A DNA stretch of 32,000 nucleotides from Pirellula staleyi DSM 6068 (GCA_000025185.1 CP001848.1:3570001-3602000), one strand, 5' to 3'. Shown: positions 7,807-16,266, counted from the first letter of the stretch. Notes: generated by a model not told the origin, from the letters alone. Numbers and translations: made by a program.

Positions 7807-8967
7807 CTACTCCTGCAAAAGAGCAGGGGGAAATGTGAGTCCGACGAGCGTCGGCTCGCTGCGCAGCTGTCGCGACTGGGCATCGCATCGAAACGCCGCT
7901 TCCGGAATTTCGTGAACTCGGTCGCGCAGGACTTTCGGAATCTTGATCTGCGTTGCGCTGCGGAATTCCCCTTGGTGCAGCCGTCCGAAGACGAGCAGCT
8001 GACACCCTTGTTCTACGATCGTTTGCAGATGCGCTTCGTGATCGCGCCGGGAACTGGCGTAGCGGTGGCTGACGATCCGCTCGAGCGTATCGAGCCCCAC
8101 CACAAACGTGGCGCCGGGAAAAATGGTGGCCCACTCCCAAAAACGGGCCGGCTTCACAACCCAGGTGGTATGGCTCGCGGCAAACTGCAGCACGCGCCGA
8201 AGCACTTCGCTGCGTGTGAGGCTCGGCTTATCGACGTTGTCGATCGACATCAGCAGCTCGACCGGCTGTCCTGTCATCGTCGTCGCTGCTTCGATCATTT
8301 GCCGATGTCCCTGGTGCAGCGGATTGAATGAGCCAGGAAAAATCAGCCGACTGGTGATCGTCTCTTCCGTCATCGAAGGCCCCCCGAGACCAACGGCATC
8401 GAGCTCGCTGGCAAGAAGCTGCTGCCAGTGGTCGAGGCTTAGTTCGGTGGCCAACTCTTTCGCCACGCGAAGTCGGCGACTCAGGTACTTTTGCAGATGC
8501 CCGAGGGCTAAGTGGGTCGCCCGTAGTTGCCGGTCGATGCGCGAGTCGGCTTTTCCCCTCAGATCGAGCTTGAAGGTGGTGGGAGGTCGCATTTCGTAGC
8601 GATGGGCGATGGTGGCATAGGCCACGCCGTCGAGATCTGCCGGGGCGTTCGGCCCTAGGTGGCCGGTGATCGAGAGGGCGAGCGAGGCGTGGGGTGTTTG
8701 CCGCAGACCTCGCTCGGCCATCTGCAGGGCAACTTCCGGGGAGACTGCCCCACTGCGATCGAGCGCCGCTAGATCGAGCCCGAGCCAATGGGCCTTCGAG
8801 CGGTTTTGGTAGGTGACGAGGCTCCCTACCAGATGACTTGAAACGCCTGGCACCTCGCTGAGTGTGGCGGCCATTCGGCCCGCCGTGCAGCTTTCGATGG
8901 TCAGCAGCTGCTCCCCATTTTTTTCGAGGAGCCGAACTATTCTCTCGGGATTGGTGTCGGTTGGCAT
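7807..8967 (-). CDS. Fusion protein: CinA C-terminal (PncC-type NMN amidohydrolase) domain plus cytidylyl/adenylyltransferase-like (NadD-like) domain
   Basis: The N-terminal ~165 aa carry the CinA/PncC signature (LTIESCTAGRMAATLSEVPGVSSHLVGSLVTYQN...GAVSPEVALQMA...ITGHLGP). The C-terminal ~180 aa begin with the nucleotidyltransferase motif IFPGSFNPLHQGH (HxGH at nt 8305-8316). Confidence 0.7.
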   Translation of the reverse strand: MPTDTNPERIVRLLEKNGEQLLTIESCTAGRMAATLSEVPGVSSHLVGSLVTYQNRSKAHWLGLDLAALDRSGAVSPEVALQMAERGLRQTPHASLALSITGHLGPNAPADLDGVAYATIAHRYEMRPPTTFKLDLRGKADSRIDRQLRATHLALGHLQKYLSRRLRVAKELATELSLDHWQQLLASELDAVGLGGPSMTEETITSRLIFPGSFNPLHQGHRQMIEAATTMTGQPVELLMSIDNVDKPSLTRSEVLRRVLQFAASHTTWVVKPARFWEWATIFPGATFVVGLDTLERIVSHRYASSRRDHEAHLQTIVEQGCQLLVFGRLHQGEFRSATQIKIPKVLRDRVHEIPEAAFRCDAQSRQLRSEPTLVGLTFPPALLQE

Positions 8968-9050
8968 GTGGTAAAGGATACAGGCACTCGTGAAGATTCG
9001 CAGCTAGCTAAGGGTGCCCTGTCGCACGCAAGCGGAGTTTCGCTAGACTA

Positions 9051-10283
9051 ATGCTCGTGAAAGAAGCCCCGCTCCAGAAGGTTGCTGCGATGAATTCGCC
9101 GAAAGGCGACCTTGAGCTCCCCTCGCGCGAAACTTTAGTTTCCGAGCGCGTGGCGGCCATGCCTGCCAAGCTATCACCGGCGGAAGCTGCTGCTTGGGGC
9201 ATTGCCTTCGGGCTCTTGGCCGCTGTGATCTACACCGTCACCAACTCGTGCTTGCGAGCGGTGAAAGATGTCGACCTGTTTTGGGTCCAGGCGATCAAGG
9301 CAGTTCCAACCGCCATGGCGATGTTCCCATGGATGCTCTGGCAGCAGAGGCGGGGGATCACGATTTGGCCCGGCTGGGGCTCGGTCGTGGCGATCGTGCT
9401 CGGCGGCATGTGTGGGCAAGTTCTCGGCAACGTGTCGTTTCAGTTCTCGCTGGGGGAAATTGGGGTGGCGCTCGCCGTGCCCCTCACCATCGGCGGAATG
9501 ATTGTTTCCGCTGCCACGCTCGGCCGCATTTTTCTTCGCGAGCCGGTCACTTTTCGGGTCGCTGGCTGCTTAGCACTGCTCCTCTTGGCCATCGCAGTGC
9601 TGTCGCTTGGGGCAGACGATGCGCGAAAAAGCGTCGCTGGCGAACGTGCGTCCGCTTGGCAGTTGGTTCTCGGAGTCGGCGCTGCCTGCTTCTCGGGGCT
9701 GGGCTATTCGATCTTAAATGTGCTGCTGCGGTACAAAGTCAGTCGCGGCAATTCGCTCCCCGCCACCCTGTTTATCGTGGCGACTACCGGCATGGTTTGT
9801 CTCGGCTCGGGAACTCTCGCGCGCATCGGCCTCTCGGGAATCGCCGCCACCTCGGCCGAAGATTGGCAGATGATGATCCTCGCTGGGGTGACCAACACGG
9901 TCGCTTTTGTGCTGCTCACGAAGAGTTTGCAGCTGATCAGCGTGGTGTATGTAAACGCCATTAATGCCACTCAGGCGACGATGGCTGCGGTGGCTGGAGT
10001 GCTGGTGTTTGGCGAAGCCCTGTCGCCGTTTTTGATGGTCGGCGTGATCCTCACGATCGTGAGTTTGGTGCTGATGCGAACCCCGCGCCGCGATGCCGCC
10101 ATCGCCGGTGCCACAGCCACCGGAGTGGTTGCCGCTGTCGGAGTCAGGCATGGCATCTCCGCCCCGATCGACACCGCGATTGGTGTCTCCGACTCCAGCG
10201 CAAATGCTTCTGAATCTTCAGGTTCCGCAGCGGTGGCTCCGACGCTACCAGCGGCGATCACGCCCGATCAGTTGGCGTCGTAA
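9051..10283 (+). CDS. DMT-superfamily (EamA-like) transporter with an Ala/Ser-rich C-terminal tail
   Basis: About ten hydrophobic helices arranged in two similar halves, typical of EamA repeats. The start is uncertain: ATG 9051, 9090 and 9159 are all in frame, and 9159 gives the usual short N-terminus. Confidence 0.7.
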   Translation: MLVKEAPLQKVAAMNSPKGDLELPSRETLVSERVAAMPAKLSPAEAAAWGIAFGLLAAVIYTVTNSCLRAVKDVDLFWVQAIKAVPTAMAMFPWMLWQQRRGITIWPGWGSVVAIVLGGMCGQVLGNVSFQFSLGEIGVALAVPLTIGGMIVSAATLGRIFLREPVTFRVAGCLALLLLAIAVLSLGADDARKSVAGERASAWQLVLGVGAACFSGLGYSILNVLLRYKVSRGNSLPATLFIVATTGMVCLGSGTLARIGLSGIAATSAEDWQMMILAGVTNTVAFVLLTKSLQLISVVYVNAINATQATMAAVAGVLVFGEALSPFLMVGVILTIVSLVLMRTPRRDAAIAGATATGVVAAVGVRHGISAPIDTAIGVSDSSANASESSGSAAVAPTLPAAITPDQLAS

Positions 10284-10495
10284 AGAGCATCTCTCGCGGG
10301 TCAGAGCGCTTGCTGGGAGATAGCTACGAGCTGAACCGCAAGTCGGTGTTTTAGCTACCTGCGGATCTACCTTGAGCAGTCGCGCCAGAGGCCGCTCGAA
10401 CTTCGCCCGGCTAAGAAAATGAGTGGCTGTGGGCTAATGAAACGTAGAGGCGTAGCGGAGTAGAAATTCCCGCTACAAGTTAGTTGCTCGCGCGA

Positions 10496-10690
10496 TTATC
10501 GCGACGACTGAGCGGCTGGACGCCGATCGGGAAATCGCTTTTCGAGGTCAGCTAGTTGAGCCGACAGATCGAGATCGAAATGATTCCAGGCCTCGTTCGA
10601 CGAGTCGAAATCGATCGTCACCTCTTCCACCATCGTGGTGGTGATGGTGGGGCGAAGCGTTTCAAGGCTGCCATTTGGTGTGCGATTCAT
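10496..10690 (-). CDS. Hypothetical small acidic protein (64 aa)
   Basis: An internal ATG at 10690 (MNRTPNGSLE...) is preceded by GGAAAAGG. No family was recognised. The hairpin GTAGCGG/CCGCTAC (10452-10476) lies just downstream on the minus strand. Confidence 0.35.
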   Translation of the reverse strand: MNRTPNGSLETLRPTITTTMVEEVTIDFDSSNEAWNHFDLDLSAQLADLEKRFPDRRPAAQSSR

Positions 10691-10891
10691 GGCGGTAACC
10701 TTTTCCCTGGAGATGATCTTCCGTGGAGGTAACCCAACAGGCAGTCTACGTGCTGCCATATGACAGCAGTGCAACTGCCGTGCCTTCCGTGACATCCATC
10801 TGCAGTGGTTAGTTCCTAACGTTATCGTCAGGAACCACTTAGGTGGGTATCAGCCGCCTATTTCACCCCTCGATTGCCCTCGAGAGGGTTT

Positions 10892-10930
10892 GACGGATGT
10901 CTCAAAAAGACGACAGCCGTCTCTTTTTGT
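10892..10930 (+). terminator. Orphan terminator-like hairpin plus T-tract with no annotated plus-strand gene upstream
   Basis: GACGGATGTC / GACAGCCGTC pairs at 9 of 10 positions with a 10-nt loop and is followed by TCTTTTTGT. It lies in the 380-nt gap between two genes transcribed away from it. Confidence 0.3.
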
Positions 10931-11191
10931 AACGGCAAATCGCTCGAACCACCTAGATCGCTTCTGGCCCGTCGAATGATTTTTCGAGAAAACGTGGCGA
11001 CCAACTTCACTGCAAACGGTACGAAACGCAAGGTCGCATGAAATTCTCGGCCGCAAGGCGATTGCCTTAGATGCAGCGGTGCGATGGTTTACCGACGCAG
11101 AACGGGCGGAATATTCGCTCGGCTGCGGGATCATGTACCGGGCAGGCGATTTTTAGGCGGCCAGTGACAGCAGCGGGTGAAACAGCGCGCG

Positions 11192-11755
11192 ATGGAAATC
11201 AATCCGTATCAAGTGACTAGTCTCGCAACGGGAGAAGGTGACTTCAATCGCCTTCCGCGCGATATCGCCCTGCGTCAATTTCAGCAGACCTTTGCCCTGC
11301 TCCTCGTGGCGGCGCTGGTGAACTACGTGGCGTTCGACTGGCTCATCATTGGCCAGATGAACATCGCCTACTCGCTGAAAATGATCTACCGAGGTGTGAA
11401 CTTGTTTTGGTTCGGCGTCGGTGGAGCAGCGATTTGGTACGGAGGTCTGCCGCTGCTCGAAGGGGTGAGCGCGATGCTGCGATCCGTTTTCGCCCCGCGC
11501 GTCGATCGCCAGGCGTGGCAGGGAGTGCTCTATCAGTTCGTCGCACTTGCGCGCTGGTGGGCCATTGCGTGCGCCCTCGTTTGGCTGATGTGGGTCGGCA
11601 TGTTCTACGGCAACGAAGGATACTCGTCGCGCCTGCTGGCCACGCTCTTCACTTGGCTTGTCGCGGGGCTGATCAGCGTGCGGCTGCTGTGGGGGCTCTG
11701 CAGCGGCTGGGTGCGACTCGCTTGGCGCAGTGGCGAGCCACTCGTCTCGCGTTAG
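11192..11755 (+). CDS. Hypothetical integral membrane protein (about 4 TM helices)
   Basis: ATG 11192 (MEINPYQV...) within an ORF that opens at GTG 11177. Trp/Leu-rich hydrophobic segments are present. No family was recognised. Confidence 0.5.
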   Translation: MEINPYQVTSLATGEGDFNRLPRDIALRQFQQTFALLLVAALVNYVAFDWLIIGQMNIAYSLKMIYRGVNLFWFGVGGAAIWYGGLPLLEGVSAMLRSVFAPRVDRQAWQGVLYQFVALARWWAIACALVWLMWVGMFYGNEGYSSRLLATLFTWLVAGLISVRLLWGLCSGWVRLAWRSGEPLVSR

Positions 11756-11778
11756 GGTGCTCGCCCCACTTCTTCACT

Positions 11779-11807
11779 CGACGCCCATCGCCGTCGTTTC
11801 TTTTTTT
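11779..11807 (+). terminator. Short GC stem followed by a long T-tract after the membrane-protein gene
   Basis: CGACG-cccatcgc-CGTCG followed by TTTCTTTTTTT. It begins 24 nt after the stop at 11755. Confidence 0.4.
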
Positions 11808-12379
11808 CATGGCGCAACGTCCACGCATGAAATGCCCTGCGCTATTGTCTCTACGCATTAGTTTTTTATTTGACAAAAAACCGTGTCTTGCCTTGTAGAC
11901 GCAACATTGAAGTCGGGTCCAGCGTGGATCGTCTTCCTGTCGCATTCAAGTAGCTAAGGCATGCATACAGAATGGCTGTTTTTTGTTGCGAGAATATTGA
12001 TAAGTGCAAGAAAAAACTTCAAAGGTAAACGCACCTTTAAGGCTGTATGTTCACGTGCGTTTGTATAGGGTTTTAATTCTAAAAAGCGCAATAAATGCTT
12101 CTACCCACAAGTCTCATCGATTTGATTGATTTGTGTATTGAAGGATTGGATCGAATACCTAATATTGAGGGGCTGGCGGTAACGCTTTTGTAACGTCTCG
12201 TAGCATTCTGGCGCTCATTGTCGGTGACGTTATGGCTCGTTGCCCGGTAGTGAAATTCTATTGGCTCTAAACATCGATTCACGGTGAATATCTGCCAACG
12301 AGTTTTTCTGGCTAGTTGGAATTGTTAGCTGATTGTCCTGTTGCCCATTTATTCATTTCATCTTGCGAAGGACCTCTCC

Positions 12380-13432
12380 ATGTCCCGCGTTTCTGTCTCG
12401 AAGTCCCGGCGTGGTTTCACGCTCGTCGAACTGCTGGTGGTGATCGCCATCATTGGCGTCCTAGTAGCTCTGCTACTTCCCGCTGTTCAAGCTGCCCGCG
12501 AAGCAGCTCGTCGCATGAGCTGCTCGAACAACTTCAAGCAGTTTGGTATCGCGCTCCATAATCACCACGATATTCGCGGCTATATGCCTTATCGTGAAGG
12601 GCGTTTTCCAGCGGCCAACGCCACGGACCGGAAGAGTGGTTTGGTCGATTTGCTCCCATTTATGGAGCAGACAGCACTTTATGACCAAATCGCGGCGCCG
12701 CTCACGGTTGGTTCAACTACCTTTCCCGGAGGTGGTCCTGTTCCATGGGATGGTGCCTATCCGGCTTGGCTGGTCTCGGTGAAAGGGTTTTATTGTCCTT
12801 CCGATCTGCCACCTCCTTCGTCGGGTCTGGCGCACACGAACTATATGTTCAGCAGTGGCGACTCGATCGATCTGCACTACTCGACGGGGCAGAGCCGAGG
12901 CATGTTCGGCTACGATACCACCGTGGGCTCGGCACGAGGCTTTACGTTTGCTCAAGTCACCGATGGTCTCTCCAACACGATTGCGATGTCAGAACGTCGT
13001 CGTCCGAGCACCGGCGTTGCCGTGACGATGACTGGCAAGCAAGGGAGCGCCTGGTTCACCACCCCGAACGGCTGTTTGTCGCAATTTAATCGGACCACCA
13101 AAGTGTGGGCAATTTCCAACGCAGGTTGGGCCGGTGTCCGCTGGGCCGACGGCGGCATGGGCTTTGGTGGTCTTACCACCAACGCACCACCAAACTCGGT
13201 TTCGTGCGCGCACAACGATCACGATGCCCAGAACGGACTCTATCCACCCAGCAGCAATCATCCCAACGGTGTGATGGCGCTGATGGGGGATGGTTCGGTC
13301 CGCTTTCTCTCTCAGAACATCAACTGTGGCGATCTCGACGCTGTTGGCACTGCTTTGAGCGGGCCGAGCCCATTCGGTGTGTTTGGCGCCATGGGGACCC
13401 GTAACGGTGGCGAGGCAACCTCGATCGAATAA
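12380..13432 (+). CDS. DUF1559 / H-X9-DG family protein with prepilin-type N-terminal cleavage/methylation domain (pseudopilin-like), copy 1
   Basis: Leader [12 protein letters not shown]|[33 protein letters not shown] (Gly at 12413, Glu+5 at 12428). C-terminal H-X9-DG motif [12 protein letters not shown] (13259-13294). ATG 12380 is preferred over the track's TTG 12341. Confidence 0.9.
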   Translation: MSRVSVSKSRRGFTLVELLVVIAIIGVLVALLLPAVQAAREAARRMSCSNNFKQFGIALHNHHDIRGYMPYREGRFPAANATDRKSGLVDLLPFMEQTALYDQIAAPLTVGSTTFPGGGPVPWDGAYPAWLVSVKGFYCPSDLPPPSSGLAHTNYMFSSGDSIDLHYSTGQSRGMFGYDTTVGSARGFTFAQVTDGLSNTIAMSERRRPSTGVAVTMTGKQGSAWFTTPNGCLSQFNRTTKVWAISNAGWAGVRWADGGMGFGGLTTNAPPNSVSCAHNDHDAQNGLYPPSSNHPNGVMALMGDGSVRFLSQNINCGDLDAVGTALSGPSPFGVFGAMGTRNGGEATSIE

Positions 13433-13494
13433 CGCTGCTTGAACTGGCGACATCGATTGCCATTCAGTTCGCCTGAAAATGCATCACTTCTTCG

Positions 13495-13540
13495 CCTCGC
13501 CAGCCTGAGGATTCTCCTCGGGTTGGCGAGGTTTTCCTTT
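13495..13540 (+). terminator. Intercistronic terminator/attenuator-like hairpin between DUF1559 copy 1 and its lipoprotein gene
   Basis: 16-bp stem (two G-U pairs): CCTCGCCAGCCTGAGG-attct-CCTCGGGTTGGCGAGG (13495-13531), followed by TTTTCCTTT. It ends 22 nt before the lipoprotein ATG. Confidence 0.55.
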
Positions 13541-13562
13541 GGAATTCCAAGGTCTCTCTCCC

Positions 13563-14015
13563 ATGAACAGTCTCGTTTTACGTTCCTGCTGGTTTTCCCT
13601 TTCGGCCCTGGTGGTGGCGCTGGTTGGCTGTGGCAGCAGCGGCCCTCCCGGCCCCGAGCAATTGCCGACGGTTCCAGCCAGTGGCACGGTGATGTATCGC
13701 GGCACGCCGATTGGCAACGCCTCGGTTTCGTTTCAGCGCTCCGATGGCAAAGCGGTTTCGGTAGCCACCACCGGTGCCGACGGCAAGTTCAGCCTGATGA
13801 CCTACGGCGATAAGACCGGAGCTCCTGCTGGCGACTACCGTGTGACGGTGGCGGTGAGTGGTGCTGTGGAAATCGAGCCCGGTGTGCTCGCTCCTGAACC
13901 ACCAGGAGGCTTTCAGTCGCCGATTCCACTCCGTTACGCCGATCCGACACAAACCGATCTGGTGGTGAACATTCCGGAAGCTGGCAATACCAGCATCACG
14001 CTCGACCTGAAGTAG
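13563..14015 (+). CDS. Small lipoprotein with carboxypeptidase-regulatory-like (Ig-like beta-sandwich) domain, copy 1
   Basis: Signal peptide MNSLVLRSCWFSLSALVVALVGC with lipobox LVGC. The mature part (GTVMYRGTPIGNASVSFQRSDGK...TTGADGKFSL...GDYRVTV) has the typical CarboxypepD_reg-like pattern. This pairing with DUF1559 genes recurs in planctomycetes. Confidence 0.8.
   Translation: MNSLVLRSCWFSLSALVVALVGCGSSGPPGPEQLPTVPASGTVMYRGTPIGNASVSFQRSDGKAVSVATTGADGKFSLMTYGDKTGAPAGDYRVTVAVSGAVEIEPGVLAPEPPGGFQSPIPLRYADPTQTDLVVNIPEAGNTSITLDLK
13641..14015. repeat. Near-identical 375-nt tract, copy A (mature lipoprotein coding part up to and including the stop)
   Basis: Manual alignment with 15892-16266 (offset 2251) shows 6 mismatches, at 13646, 13815, 13820, 13829, 13838 and 13904. 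Similarity collapses immediately upstream (signal peptide) and immediately after the stop codon. Confidence 0.9.
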
Positions 14016-14165
14016 ATCAGCTAGCGATCAATCTCCAGGTGTCTTTGGGTGGCACTGCTGGCTTGTCCAGCAGTGAGAATCGCTGTAACAGGTTTGCGAT
14101 CGATTCTCGCTAAAAAACTTCCGAGCTGGCAACTGTCCGGCTCGTGATCGAAAGTTGCTTCGGAG

Positions 14166-14195
14166 GGGGCCAGTCACCGACTGAGCCCCTTTTTT
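14166..14195 (+). terminator. Rho-independent terminator closing cassette 1
   Basis: GGGGCCAGTC-acc-GACTG(a)GCCCC forms a 10-bp stem with one bulge, followed by TTTTTT (14190-14195). Confidence 0.7.
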
Positions 14196-14568
14196 CGTGC
14201 CTCTATCTGCGGCCGACCGCTCGCGACAGGCAATCGCGGAGCATTTTCTTGCGTAGGCACTCCTCCGGATGGCGATTTATGGCGGGCATGTTGTCATTCA
14301 AGCTAAATAATCGTGCGTTAACGGCGATTAATGGTCCACTGGCTTTGAAGGGAGTGTCGCCCGCATTGGTGTAACCAGTTGCCGGATAAGGACATAGAGA
14401 GAGATCGGCAAGGAAGTTTTTTTCTCAATTTTCAATAATCATGCGGGTTAATTATTGACAGTTTCCTCGCCAAGATGCGATTCTCAGTGGTGCAGTCCAC
14501 CGCAGTGTCCAGACGGCGGTGCTGTTCTTATTCGCTTTTTTCTTTTCGTTGTCTCTTGGGGCCTCTCC

Positions 14569-15627
14569 ATGTCTATTTCTTGTTCCAGTCTGCGCGCTCG
14601 ACGAGGTTTTACACTTGTCGAACTGCTGGTGGTGATCGCCATCATTGGTGTCCTTGTGGCACTGCTTCTTCCCGCTGTCCAGGCTGCTCGCGAAGCAGCC
14701 CGTCGCATGAGCTGCTCGAACAACTTCAAGCAACTTGGTATTGCGATCCACAACCATCACGACATCCGTGGCTTCATGCCATTTCGTGAAGGTATGTTCA
14801 TCGACCCAGCGAGCTACGGGGGTCGCAAGAGTGGTCTGGTGGAACTGCTTCCGTTCATGGAACAGAAGTCGCTCTACGACCAAATCTTTAGCCCGCTGAC
14901 GATCGGCAGCACCACCTACGCTCCTGGTGGCCCTGAGCCATGGAATGGTTCGTACACCCCCTGGCAGGTGCCAGTGAAGGGGTTCTATTGCCCCTCCGAT
15001 CTGCCTCCTCCCTCGTCGGGCATCAAGCACACGAACTATATGTTCAGCAGCGGCGACTCGATCGACCTCCATACGTCGAACGGTGTCAGCCGCGGTATGT
15101 TCGGCAAAGACACTTCGAGCCGCGATGTGAAGGGTTTCACCTTTGCTCAAGTGACCGATGGTCTCTCCAACACGATTGCGATGTCGGAACGTCGTCGTCC
15201 CAGCACCGGCATTGAAGCGACCATGACGGGTCAGCAAGGTAGTGCCTGGTTCACGACTCCCAACGGCTGCTTGTCGCAGTACAACCGCACCACGAAGACT
15301 TGGGCGATCACTCGCTCGGCTTGGGCCGGTGTACGCTGGGCCGACGGTGGGATGGGCTTTGGTGGTCTCACCACCAATGCACCACCGAACTCGGTTTCGT
15401 GTGCCCACAATGCTCACGATGCCCAGAACGGCCTTTATCCACCGAGCAGCAATCACCCCAACGGTGTGATGGCCGCGATGGGCGACGGTTCGGTCCGCTT
15501 CATCTCGCAGAACATCAACTGCGGTAACCTCGACGCCAATGGCACAGCGATCAGCGGTCCTAGCCCGTTTGGTGTGTTCGGCGCTATGGGCAGCCGCAAC
15601 GGTGGCGAAGCAACCTCGATCGAATAG
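14569..15627 (+). CDS. DUF1559 / H-X9-DG family protein with prepilin-type N-terminal domain, copy 2
   Basis: Leader MSISCSSLRARRG|[35 protein letters not shown]9-DG motif HPNGVMAAMGDG (15454-15489). By eye it is roughly four-fifths identical in protein sequence to copy 1, with many synonymous nucleotide differences. Confidence 0.9.
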   Translation: MSISCSSLRARRGFTLVELLVVIAIIGVLVALLLPAVQAAREAARRMSCSNNFKQLGIAIHNHHDIRGFMPFREGMFIDPASYGGRKSGLVELLPFMEQKSLYDQIFSPLTIGSTTYAPGGPEPWNGSYTPWQVPVKGFYCPSDLPPPSSGIKHTNYMFSSGDSIDLHTSNGVSRGMFGKDTSSRDVKGFTFAQVTDGLSNTIAMSERRRPSTGIEATMTGQQGSAWFTTPNGCLSQYNRTTKTWAITRSAWAGVRWADGGMGFGGLTTNAPPNSVSCAHNAHDAQNGLYPPSSNHPNGVMAAMGDGSVRFISQNINCGNLDANGTAISGPSPFGVFGAMGSRNGGEATSIE

Positions 15628-15647
15628 TTCGATTGAAAAGCCGAATC

Positions 15648-15674
15648 GCTGGCAGTTAGTCGTCAGCATTTTTT
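15648..15674 (+). terminator. Small hairpin plus T6 directly after DUF1559 copy 2
   Basis: GCTGGC-agttagtc-GTCAGC (6 bp, one G-U), followed by ATTTTTT. It begins 21 nt after the stop at 15627. Confidence 0.4.
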
Positions 15675-15686
15675 GCGTAACTTGAG

Positions 15687-15720
15687 GCCTCGTCACCGCT
15701 TGTGTGGCGAGGCTTTCTTC
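15687..15720 (+). terminator. Second intercistronic hairpin in cassette 2, homologous in sequence to the cassette-1 hairpin
   Basis: GCCTCGTCAC-cgcttgt-GTGGCGAGGC (10 bp, one G-U), followed by TTTCTTC. It shares the CCTCG.CA...TGGCGAGG core with 13495-13531. Confidence 0.4.
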
Positions 15721-15819
15721 GTCGCCGACGCCATGCTGTCGCCGACATCACCGAACTGCTGGCGACGGTTCGTCCCCCCTCGTTTTCCCGATTCCAAGCT
15801 CTCCTTAGGAATATCTTCC

Positions 15820-16266
15820 TTGCGACAATCCATTTCTCTGTTGGTGGTCACTTTGGCAGCGGCCTTTGCCTTCGTCGGGTGCAGCGATAGCGGCCCACCC
15901 GGCCCCGAGCAATTGCCGACGGTTCCAGCCAGTGGCACGGTGATGTATCGCGGCACGCCGATTGGCAACGCCTCGGTTTCGTTTCAGCGCTCCGATGGCA
16001 AAGCGGTTTCGGTAGCCACCACCGGTGCCGACGGCAAGTTCAGCCTGATGACCTACGGCGATAAGGCCGGGGCTCCTGCGGGCGACTATCGTGTGACGGT
16101 GGCGGTGAGTGGTGCTGTGGAAATCGAGCCCGGTGTGCTCGCTCCTGAACCACCGGGAGGCTTTCAGTCGCCGATTCCACTCCGTTACGCCGATCCGACA
16201 CAAACCGATCTGGTGGTGAACATTCCGGAAGCTGGCAATACCAGCATCACGCTCGACCTGAAGTAG
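15820..16266 (+). CDS. Small lipoprotein with carboxypeptidase-regulatory-like domain, copy 2
   Basis: The mature part is identical to copy 1 except for one residue (Thr to Ala). The start is uncertain. TTG 15820 is preceded by AGGAA with an 8-nt spacer and gives MRQSISLLVVTLAAAFAFVGC. ATG 15733 and the track start 15673 are alternatives. Confidence 0.75.
   Translation: MRQSISLLVVTLAAAFAFVGCSDSGPPGPEQLPTVPASGTVMYRGTPIGNASVSFQRSDGKAVSVATTGADGKFSLMTYGDKAGAPAGDYRVTVAVSGAVEIEPGVLAPEPPGGFQSPIPLRYADPTQTDLVVNIPEAGNTSITLDLK
15892..16266. repeat. Near-identical 375-nt tract, copy B
   Basis: Partner of 13641-14015; see that entry. Confidence 0.9.

Noticed and set aside
10850-11134. 94-aa minus-strand ORF in the 10796-11176 gap.
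   Set aside because: It is a highly basic, low-complexity translation with no RBS. It spans the hairpin/T-tract structure and has no family resemblance.
11870-11898. TTGACA hexamers at 11870-11875 and 14455-14460, considered as -35 boxes for the DUF1559 genes.
   Set aside because: No acceptable -10 hexamer lies at 16-19 nt spacing (TTGTAG and CGATTC). Planctomycetal promoter consensus is poorly known, so they are not called as promoters.
12371-12384. Identical cctctccATGtc at both DUF1559 starts (also at 14561-14573), considered as a translational control motif.
   Set aside because: It is most simply explained as residual homology from the duplication. It is noted in a finding but not claimed as a functional element.
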